Position numbers and translations under genes: made by a program. The notes beneath the pieces were generated by a model. The model worked only from the letters and a program-made list of their open reading frames with translations. It ran no database searches and was not told the DNA's origin. A stretch of DNA of 64,000 bases from Rhina ancylostomus (taxonomy: Eukaryota): contig JARFYF010000057.1 of NCBI GenBank assembly GCA_030265395.1, positions 16,508,878 through 16,572,877 on the forward strand, read 5' to 3'. Of the stretch, positions 38,201 to 50,200 are shown piece after piece; position 1 is the stretch's first letter, and the number at the start of each line of letters is the position of its first letter.

Positions 38201-41200
38201 GAATGGTTTTCTTTGTGAACTTATTACATCAGCAGGATGTAGACAGAGTAAAGCTCTGTCTACATTATCCCTTCAAACACTTCCAAGCCAGGTGCAGGAT
38301 ACAGAGCAAGGTTTTCTCAACACAGTTCCAGCAATTACACCAGTTGAAGTACAGGACAAAGTTGATGAACTTCAGTTATGGATGACTGTGAATCTCACTG
38401 CAGCATTGTGACACATTGGAGGTGATGTGCCCCAAACTGCTCAGTTCTCCAGGTGTGGTCTAACCAGGGCTGTGTTTGGTTTTCCCATTTGTTGCAATGA
38501 CCCATCTTGAAAACGTTCTTAATCTCATGAATAAAATTAAGAACTTGGTTCCAAGTTAGAAGTAGGTTTTCTGCTCTAGGTTCATACCTACAAGTCAACT
38601 ATCTAGAATTTGTTCTGTACAATGTTACTTTTGAAAAAAAAAACCTTGATAAACAACCCCATCACCCACACATTCCTCCCACCAGTTCCTCTCCTCACCT
38701 GTTCCCTTTATTCCATGGTCCACTGTCCTCCATCAGATTCCATCTTCTTCAGCCCTTCGTTACTTCTACCTATCACCTCTCAGGTCAACTTCATTCCCAC
38801 TCTCCCCCCTCACCTGGATCCAGCTCTTGGTCTACCCCTATCCCCCACCTTTTTATACAATCTTCCCTCTTTCCAGTCCTGATGAAGGGTCCCAAACCCA
38901 AAATGTCAACTGTCCATATCCCTCCATAGATGCTGCCTGACCTGCTGAGTTCCTCCAGCTCCTTTGTGTGTTGTCCCAGATTTCCAGCATCTGTAGTTAT
39001 GTGTCTCAATAAACAAGAGGCAGGTGGCCAAAATTCAACAAATTGTGAAGGTATTTTCATGAATTGATCAGTTAAAAGGGCATATGGTGAGCATTACCAA
39101 CCATATCCCACCTTACCAGGTGTTTTTTTACTGTTATTCTGTTTATTCCAGTAAATTTCAAGTGGGAGGAAATGTCTCAAAAGGTTTGTTAACCACTACT
39201 GTATTTGCCAGTAAGCAATAAACCAATTCTCTTTGTGTGTCTTTAGTACAAATTTGCATTGACTAATCTCAGCAGTTAAGACTGAGTTAACACACTGCTG
39301 AGGTCAACATGTGGTAATCACAAGGGAAAAACAAAAATCACAAGAAAATGCTCAGAACCAACTATTCAAAAGTTTAAAATTACATTTCATTCACTGGGTG
39401 TGGGTGTCACTGGCAAGCCCAGCATTTATTGCCCATCCCTAATTATCCTTGGATCTGAGGCCATTTTGGAGAACAGCTGCACTGTGGCAAATCTGGAGTA
39501 AACAAAAAGGAGCTGGAATTGGAACAGAAGATTTCCTTCCCTATAGGATGTTAGGGAACAGAGAGCCATCATGATTAATTCTAGGCTTTTATTTTAGTTA
39601 ACAATTTACTGTAAATTCCTCAGTCAATACAATGGAATCTGAACTCATCACTAGATCACAGTATGGTGGCATCACTCGTTTAGCATCTAGAGGCTTGGAC
39701 TTTAGATCCATACACATTAAAAAAACAACTAGAACAGCAGGGGAATTAAATTCAAGTAATTTAAAAAAAAACATCTGGAATAAATAGCAAGCATCATTAA
39801 CAGTAATCATGAAACTACCAGATTGTCTTAAAAGCTCATCTGGTTCACTGATGTCTTATGTGCATCTCCAGAATCTAGTGACATATTTAACTTTTGACCA
39901 TTCTCTGAAATGGCCTGGCAAATTACCCAGATCATGGCAATTAAGGATTAATAAATGGTGGCTTTGCCAAATGATATTCAAAAAAAGGAACAGCTCTGGC
40001 TTACTAGCCCAATCCAGTAACAGCATAATCATACTGTAATACAAACAGAAAATGCTGGAAACACTCAATTGGTCAGGTAGCATCTGTGGATAGTGAAACA
40101 GAGTTTCAGGTTGAAGGTTAACTGTGTTGCTCTCCACTGTTGTTGTCTGATCTGCTGAGTGTTTCCAACCTATTCTGTTTCTATTTCAGATTTCCAGTAC
40201 TTACAATATTTTGATTTTCACTAACTTTCTGCACTGCTCACCACCTTTCTCATTCTGAGACACGAAAAGGTAGCAGTGAAGCTTTTTTAGTCTCCCTCAC
40301 CCAACAATGAACCATGATCACACCTGCTGCTTGAGGACATCTCCAATTCGCTGGATGAGGTAATTCCGTTCACTCCCTTCCTCCAAGGAACTTTTCCGCC
40401 GTTCTTTCAGCCGAGAGAAGAAGCATTTGTGGATCTCCAGTAACCGGCGCAAGCAGGGAAAGATTCTGTTAACAACGCACTGATCGCTTAATTGAAGCTC
40501 CTCCTCCATTCCTCGGCAGTACACATGGAGCATAATTTTCAGAGTTCGGACGTGATGCATCTCTGTCTGCATTAGTTCTTTGGACAAATGGGAGAATCAG
40601 ATTTATAGACATTTACAGCACAGAGAAGGCCATTCTGTTCAATGAGTCTGCATTGGCCAAAGATGAGCTATTGAGATTAATCCCACTTTCCAGCTGTCAC
40701 TCAGCTTTGAAGATCAGAGCATGTCATGTGCTCTCACAGGTACATCTTAAAGGAAGGGTTTGTGTCCTTTAAGGCAGCACATTCTGGACCCCACTACTCA
40801 AGAAATTTGCACTTACAGGTAATTCTCATGTTACCAGGGGAAGGGGGTGGGGGGTGTTGAAAGAATGGGAAACGCATTCCTAGAAAACAGTCCATATCAT
40901 GATTTTCTGTAAGGTAAAGCAGCATCACTTGCACATACATCAAGAGATGTGATTTGCAAAATAAATTTTGTGCTGATTTATTTACTTTATTCCCCCTATC
41001 AAATTCTGAGAGCTTGAATTTTGTTCCGTATCTCAAATTTCTGTGTAGTGATTTGTGAATTTTGTAAGGGTGAATTTCCACAAGCTGAACAGCTGTAATG
41101 CCAGTATCTCTCTTTCAAGACCTCATAGTTGTAGGAAAATGAGAAATATAAGTAGGCCAGTTGGCCCTTCAAGTCTTGTCCGATGAGTTTTTCCTCATCT

Positions 41201-44200
41201 TAATTCTAACAGAACTCCTTAATTTGAGACTGTATACCCATGTTCTAGGCACCCCAGCTAGGGGAAAGATTGCATTTGCATGTACCTCGTCAAGCCCCAT
41301 AAGAATTTTATGTGTTTCTATGAGATCACTTCTCATCCTTCTAAGGACTATAGACCAGACCACCTAACATCTCCTCACAGAACAATCCTTGTAACCCAGT
41401 AATCCAGTGAAGGTTCATTTGTACTTCCTCTACAGCAAGTCTATTCTTGCTATAAGACTAAATGTGATATTTCAAGATTGCTCTCAGCAGGGACCTATAT
41501 ATTTCTCTACTTTTGTATTCCAATTGTCTTACAACAAAGGCCAACATAAAATTCACCTTTCTATTTGTTTAGCATTCCTGCATATTTATGCTCAAGGATC
41601 TGTGTGTAATGACACCCAGGTCCTTATGAAAATCATTTTTAAATCTCTTATGATTTAAAACATACTCTGCTTTTCTATTTTTTTCTATCAAAGTGGATGA
41701 CTTCACATTTTCTCCACATTCTATTCCTTTTGCTATGTCATCATGCATTTATTTAGCTTGCTTATATCCCCTTAAAGCCTCTATGCACCCTCTACACAAC
41801 TCAAACTGCCAACCAGCTTTGCATCAGATACAAATATCTGTATGTTACTTGGTGCCCTTATTGCATTTATTTTTTCTGTTTTCTGCCCACTAACCAATTT
41901 TTAATCCACAGAATCCTGAATCTTTCTAATGACCTCTATGGCACCTTAAAGGCCTTCTGAAAATCCAAATACACCAATTCAACTACTAGCTCCTTATGTA
42001 TTCTGCTAGTTACAACTTGAAAAACAAACCAATTATTCAAACATTATTTCCTTTTTATAAACTCATGCTGATTCCATCCAATCCTGTTATTTTCTGAATG
42101 CCTTATTCACAGTATATAGTATTTCCATACTATAAATGTTGGGCAAACTAGCTTGTAGTTCCTTATCTCCCCTTCCTTAAATAATGGAGTTACATTTCCT
42201 ACCTTTTAATCTGTCAGAACTATTCTAGAATCAATAGAAATTTGGAAGATGACAAGTACTGTATCCACCATCTGCTCAGCCACCTCTTTCATAACGATGG
42301 GAGGTGGGTCATCAGGCACTGGGAATTTCAGCCTATAGTTTGATTAATTCCTCCAAAACTATTTTTAATTAATGTTAATTTTTATGTACTAATGCTATTA
42401 ATTGCTGAAATGTAGAAGTTCCAGTCACTGTTTTCACTTGACAGTCAAATTATCCACATAGCAAGCTCTTACAGAAAGCAATGTGAAAATGAAGATATAA
42501 TATTTATCAAGGGATAAATATCGGTCAGGAAACTCTGATCTTAAAATCCACTATGATATTTTATATTCACCAGAAGGAAAAAGACAGGTCTCAGATTCAT
42601 CTGAAAGAGTGCACCTCTGACATTCCCTCAGTATTGCACTGAAACTTCCACTGAGATTTTTGTATTCAAGTCTCTGGAATGAAATTCAAACCCCACTCCT
42701 TCTGAGGCAAAGACTACCCATTGAGCAACACCTGACACAAGGTGTGATTTAACACAAAACATCCTGGGAATATTGAGCAATAAATCGTAAAAACTGGGAG
42801 GGGTTGCATGACACACTTTCTTTGTTGCAGTCAAACCCAAGTTTCCCCTCTTACTAGAAATTTACTTTTGTCATCAAGGTCAGCCATGATTTGATAAGAA
42901 AAAGGCTTGAAGGGCCATATGACCAAACCTGGATTCCTATTTACTTATATAAGATTAAGAGAATTGTTGCAGTCAAAGCCGGTGTGGATACTGGTCAATG
43001 CCTGACCAACGTTCTGAGTCAGGGAAGGGGGGGAGAATAAAACATCCTGATTTCTGCTTAGTGGTTCTTGTTCTCCTGCTGGAAAAAGCATGACAACAGA
43101 CATTAGGGCAAGAAAGGGCCAAGCTCGACTGTGATAACATTGGTCAAAAAATTTGCTGGTAATGTTTTCCAAGTTCACACATAAAGGATGATGAATGGAC
43201 AGCATGTTTAGTTATCATGAAATTGTACTGCTGCAAGAGACAGCAACCTCAAGTCAGAAAATTGGTCAAAGACATCTTGGTTAAAATGCACTGCATTTTG
43301 GAATAATTTTTGTAGAAATCCACACTCAGCCATTGTGATCAGAGGGTGAAATCTCAGAGCTCTGACTGCAGCTGAGCCTAACAGGTATACATGAAAATTT
43401 CTGTACATACATACCAGGTGGCTCCATACATGAAGTGAGTGATCATTCAAAAAAAGTACTCAAAGGTCGTGTAATATTCAACCAACAAGTCACTGTGACC
43501 TGTGGAAACATGGCATGTTGCCTTCACAGGTTCTGAGTACCATACCAAATTAACTGGTATTCATAGAGAGATTAATAGGATGGAGACCATCACTTCTCTT
43601 ACCGTATATCACATCCTGCCTCTTGATGACTTCCTTGCTCTGTTTCTTTGCATATGCCTGGTCCACTGCAAGACTCCAGGATTCAGCCTCAAGTTCTTGG
43701 CCATCTACCTCCAACTCTGCCTTCAGAGAGGCATAAATGGTATCTGAAACATAACATAGGAAGATTGATTAAACAAGATTTATATTCATCCCTTCCCCTC
43801 AAAGCTACTTTATGAAGAACATGATCCTTTTTGTTCTCAGCTGCTGCTCTGGCACGAGACTCAATCTAATCCCCACCTCACAGCTAGAGGTCCACGTCTC
43901 ACATTCTACCCATCTACAGAACCTATCCATTTAAGAGACACCCAATATCCCCAGCTGTTAAGAACATTCCCACATACTGGTGTCAACAATGCTCTACAGA
44001 TTATTCAGTGGCTTCAGTCAACAAGGATAATTTTTGGAGGCCTGCATTTCAAATGGAATCTCAACCAATTGACAGCAGGTCATGAAGGTTTATAGTTCTT
44101 TTTCCAGCCTGTGCTCGCTCCAGAGTGGGAGCAGCTGTTTATTACGCTGCACAGCCTGGATACCCCAACTCGCTCTTCCCCCTTCCACATAGCACTCAGC

Positions 44201-47200
44201 GCAATGTCCTACCTTCTGCCACAAGGGACTCAGCAGATGACGAAACCAGACTTGGAGGTTCCTCAGCCCATGTTTTTCCTCTTGTGATTCCATTCTCCAC
44301 CTCCTGCTCCATCTCCCCTGTAGTTACTCTAAATCATCAAATATGCACATATTAGAGTTCAACAAAATGGACCAGTGGATGGTATAAATTCAATTCAATG
44401 CTGGAACGTAATCAGGCCAGAAGGTTGTTTCTATTGGTGCAAAGGACTGATAAAATTAATCTCTAATGCCCTAATTTGGTTCCCAACAAAAAGATACATT
44501 TCTGGTACACACTTGGGTGTTGTATCCCATGATATTTTGGCTCATTCCACTGGCTATTCTTTCAGCAGTATCAATTACATCAGATGAGGTCCTTATTTAT
44601 AATTCACTTTTAAATATTCAATACTCTAGGCAAGATGGATTTGAGAAGTTTAACAGGTTGTTACTCTGTGGCCTGGGGCTTTGAGTTAGAGGTATAATAA
44701 AGGACCGATAAAACGATGTAGGATTCAGTACCAAGGCTATAAAAGGTGCCAGCATGTTAACTATTGGATATTATAGTTCAAGGTTTTAGAAGCATCATCA
44801 GTCACAACACATTTCCAAATACCTGGAACTTCTGATGAATTGATATATTTTCTAAGTGCATGAAGTCATACAAACCCGTGATTGCTGATGCTGTTAGCAC
44901 TGGACGAAGAAGGTTGGGAAGGTCGTCTTGGTGGAATGGTCATGCCGATATTCCGCACTGTGCCGGGCATGCCATCCGCAACCAGTTGTGCACACCGTGG
45001 CTGCTCCCTCACTGAAGACACTGCCCCAACACAAAGTCCAGATGTCAGAAACCAAGCCTAACTCTGCCTCTTCCACCTCAAGCCCAACTCTTCTAGTCCT
45101 ATCCTCCTCCCTTCCCCAAATCTCCATCCTTGACACTGGCACCATCACCCAACCCCCAAATTGATCCTGTGAAATTAGTTTTTAAAGTGTCTCAATCGAG
45201 TTTCTAATTTTTCTAATAAAAAGGCACAATTCTGAATATTTTTTGACACTATTGCTTGAAATTTTGCCTCATCAATATGCCCATTCTATAGACAATATCA
45301 AGCTACATCTAATTAACTTCCCGGTTATAATTGACTCTCAAGTGTTCATAATTCCAGGCAAGGTGGATTTGAGGAGTTTAGCAGGATGCTGCTCTGTAGT
45401 CAGAAAGCAAAAAAACTGCAAATGCTGGATGATTAAAAACAGAAAATGATGTAAATACTCAGGTCAGATAGCACCAATGGACAGAGTAACAGGGTTACCA
45501 TTTCAGATCAATGACTATACTATTCCATAGTTCTAAGGCAGAGATACTCTCCCATGCCACCATTCCACCCATACCTCTTCCATCCACCAACAACCCTGCC
45601 CTTACACCTCCATTCCAGACCTGACCATTTGCCTCTGCCCTCCTTCACTCTGCACCTTAGAGTAGGCACCATTCTGCAGGCCAACACCTCATTCTTGAAG
45701 ATCTATCCCTGAAATTCATTAGACTATTGTGCCTTCTCTTCATTAGAAATTAGTTACTCTCTCAATTGTNNNNNNNNNNNNNNNNNNNNNNNNNNNNNNN
45801 NNNNNNNNNNNNNNNNNNNNNNNNNNNNTACTGAACTGCTTCAAGGTTAACATATTAAAGACTGCCTTTCTAGCACAATGCTGAGAACAGTTAGAAATAT
45901 AATGCTTTAGATTAGCAAATGAATTGAGGCTCCTTGTGTATATTTCAGTGACTCTGGTGGGCATTAAAATTCCAAAGGCTTTAACCAAAGAGGAGCGAGG
46001 CCTAGTGAAAAGTTAGCTTAAAACCACCTTTTCAAAAGGATCATGCTTTACTGCAAAACCTCTAATGATAAAACTGCTCAGAAACAAAGAAAGATCATTT
46101 AGGTGGGAAAGTAGAAACCAAAATATATTAATGGAAATACAGTGCAGCAATAGGGGGCTGGTTGTGCCTTAACAATTTTCTGCTGGTGATAGAGACCCTC
46201 TCAGACCTGGTTCCAAATTGAGCACAGGGATATGAATCAAAAATCAGAATGCTGGAAGAACTCAGTGGATCAAGCAGCATCTGTGGAGGCAAAAAGTGTA
46301 AGTTGACATTTCAGGTTGAGACCCTCTAGTGGGACGGAGAGGAAAGCAGAAAGATTGCCTGTATACAACAGTATTGGTGGGGGGGTGGGGAGAAAACAGT
46401 GTAATAAAGGCTGGTAGCCAATAGCTCGAACCAGATGTGGAGGGGATGATAGGCAGATGAAACCAGGTTTGGGGGACAGGGGGGACGGAGGAGGAGGATG
46501 GGAGAGGTGAACGAAGGGAGAAGAAAACTAGGTAAACAGATAATCGTATGTGGGAGGAGAACATGGGAGTGTGGGTTACCTGAAACTGGAACATTCAATG
46601 TTCATATCATTGGGTTGGCTATCCTAGTGGAACATGAGTGTTGCTCTTCTTATTTGCATTTGACCTCTGCGTGGTAATGGAGAAGGCAGAGGACAGATTG
46701 ATGTGAGAGTGGGAAGGAGAATTAAAGTTACATGCAACTGTCAGCTCAAGATGACTACTGCAGATAGGATACAGGTGCTCCATAAAACAGTTGACTAATC
46801 CATGCTTTGTTTCACCGATGTAGAGAAGGCCACATTGTGAGTACCAAATGCAGTAGGGGCAGTTCTATGGCGTGCAACTACCCACTAAGTTACCATTGGC
46901 AGACAAGAGCCTGAGGGGCTCAGGGATGGCTCTTGTAGGAAATGGTAACATACCACACTGTCGCAATTTGGGAGTACTCCAAGGAGCTTGACCCTCCATC
47001 TAAACCCACATCTGTACCTGAACCATGAGTAAGGATGCCACAATTGAGTGCCTGAAATTGGAGAGTACAAATCTTTACCTTGATGAGCAAAACAAAACTT
47101 TTAATTGTTTGGTCAAATTAGACACAGGGCAGTGCAACCCAAGGACACCATAGATAAAAATGTAATGTGCTCCTTTAATCAGGCACTGCCTGACAGCTGT

Positions 47201-50200
47201 TAGGCTGCAGCCCCAGTTCAATTAATACTGATTTAAAGATCAGTGTGACCTGGATATTGCAAGCTAAGCTTAGGAATCTTAGCCAGTGGGAAACTCTCCT
47301 CATGGAGATGACAGCAATTTCTGCAGGTGGATCTGTGGGTGTAGGATTAGATTACTAAGTCACTGCAGGATCCATATTGATTATGAGCGGTGCAGTGGCA
47401 TTACAAGTGTTTAACTGTCTCAGTTCCAGCAACCCACGTTCAATTCTGCTTTCTACTGCTGTCCATGTGGAGTTCGTATATTCTCCTTGATGATGTGAAT
47501 TTCCTCCAGGTGCTCTAGTTTTGTCCCACATCTCAAAGACATGCTGTATGTTAGGTTAACTGGTTACTGTAAATTACCCCTTATGTAGGTGGTTGGTGGG
47601 AGAATCAGTGGAGGAAGTTAATGGGTTAAGTGAGAAAATAGGTTACAGAGAAATATGTGGAGGAAACTGGATTGATGGGATTGCACTGAATGGCCTCTGA
47701 CTTAAAGGAAATATATGGAAATATAAAATACATGAAACATTTCCTGACGATGCCAATAAAGATACCCCCCTTATAAATTAGTCCACCTCATGGACATTCT
47801 CTAAAATAGGGTACTTCAAAATGTATAAACTACTGGGATATTTAAATTGGAAGACCATTCTCACATCTCTCCATGGCAGATCCTTTGGAGAGTCAGGGTG
47901 GAATTATTTTTGCTTCCACACACCAAGTAACAATCAGCATTGTAATGATGATCAGTGGTCCAGGGACCAGAACTCCATCTAGTGATAGAAGTATGCAGTT
48001 GCAGACTGAACTCACAGAATAATGCCCAAATAAGGAGCTCTTGCATTCATAAAAGTTTTGTACGTCATAGATTTTAAAACCTATTTCTGCAAACTGCTGT
48101 ATAATATGTAAAACAAGTGCAGGTATAAGTATTCTCATCTCCAAGTTACCTCTTTGCCATTAAGATTTTGTTCCAAGTTTCTTTCCATTCCTAAGTGTAA
48201 ATGATGTCACTGTCCAGATTCAAGAGTATATACTAACACTCAGCCAACAGCTCACTTGTAGTGTGTGAGTGTAGCAATGACTAAATAAACCACGGTTCTC
48301 CAAGCGTGTCCAGCCACATGGAAGTAGCAGCATACAAAATGAATTTCATATTTCTTGGCTGGGGAATTTTCTGGCTAAAATTCATCCTTCCGCGATCATT
48401 AAAGGAAAGCTCATCCAGCCATTATCACAGTCTCTAAGACTTTGTGCTCAAATTGGTTCCAGTATTTGCTACATTGCAACAGCAAAGACTTCATTTGCTG
48501 TAATACACTTTGGTATGTTTAAAAAGGGACACGAAAAGTGCTATATAAATACAAGTCCTTTTTTTTGTTCACTTATGAGGATGGATTGCTTGGATGAATT
48601 AAAAGGTGACAACTCGTGTCTGAGTTTGTATCACAATAGGGCAGGTCAGATACTTGTAAACAAAAAAACAGATCTATTTTAGTGTGGACATGGAGGTATA
48701 TTGGGTGCGTGGATGGTGAAGAGCTAGAGGTCATTCTTTGCTTAGTTTATTTTGGACTATGCACTAGACTGCACTATCCTCTTCTCCCAAAGCAATGTCT
48801 AGTGCCTTGTAAAATCACCAACTGAGTGAGACAGTGACAACTTTGAAAAATTGGTAGGTACCATTTGCACTGTTAAAGTGCCAGGCAATAATCATCTCAA
48901 ACAAGAGGGAAACTAACCACTTACCCTTAATATTCAATGCTTTTCTATTGTCAAGTTCCTTACCATCAATATCCTGAAGCCCACCATTGACCAGAAACTC
49001 AACTAGATCAGTTACATAAATACTGTGGCTATAAGGACAGCAATCCTGTGGTGAGTGACTCATTCGTCAATGCCCCAAAGTCAATAAATCTTGGGTCTTG
49101 GAATCAGGAGTGTGATGGAAAACTTTCCACTTGGCTAAGTCCAAATCCAACACTGAGGAAACTTGACAATATGCAGAACAAGGCAACCCACTTGATTATA
49201 ACTCTGTCCATTACCTTAAACTCCACCACTGGTGCACTGTGGTACAGTAGGCACCATCCAAAAAGTGCACTTCCCCAGGCTATCCTGGCAGCACTTCCTG
49301 AACCAGTTATGTCTATCACCAAAGAGGACAAAGGCAGCAGGCAGACAGCAACATCAACTGAAGGCTGTCCTTCACGTCTCACACCATGCTGATTTGAAGG
49401 CATTTTGAAGTCCCTTCATTGTCAATGGGTCTAAATTCTGGAATTCCTACTCAGTGGAACTGCAGCACCTTCATGATAAGAACTGCAACAGTTCAGTACG
49501 ACATTTACCATCAGCTTTTCACAGCAAGTAAGACAAGCAATAAATGCTGACCTTGCTAGCAATACCCAGATACCAAAATGAATAAATTTAAAAAATGATC
49601 TGGTCAAATTTGTCAGAGGAACTGACCTAGCTCTCATGCATGATACTAAAAGATTTGTCCTGATGCAAGGACATTAAACAAAAAGAACAAGTAGTGCACA
49701 GAAACAGATGGCAAATTGAAATGGAGACAGTACCTGGTCTGGATTTTAATATGGATAAATGTAGAGTAACACACTATGTTTGGGTAACTAAGCATATATT
49801 TAAAAGAAATTCATTCAAGAAACACAAGATGTTTCTAATATAGTCAATTTAATTATCTACTGGAATAAGATTCCCATCCATAACTTTGAATTCAGTAGTC
49901 CAGCCATTGCTGAGAAGAATTAAGCATCAACTACATTAGCGTGGGGTTGAAGCCACACATCAGCCAGGCTGGGGAAGGATGAACATTTCATTTCCATAAG
50001 GACATGAATGAACCAGTGACAATCACTGATTTTGTCATCATTACTGAAAATGGCTTCTGATTCCAGTAGTTAACTAATTTTATTTGTTTCCTCACTAGTT
50101 TTGAGCTCAATCCACATTTCTGCATTACCAGTCTAGGAAATTATCCAGAGTACTACCTCACCCACCATAATGTTAAAAGCCATGGAGTGGAAGAACGATT

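Noticed and set aside
44318-44328. Alternative acceptor (tacag|GGGAG) 11 nt inside the exon
   Set aside because: Out of phase with the preceding exon; the tttag acceptor restores frame and gives VTTGEM.
46894-47051. Exon-like segment with AG/GT ends in ORF 46885..47070
   Set aside because: Ends in phase 0, incompatible with the next exon, and the peptide shows no RhoGEF-like similarity.
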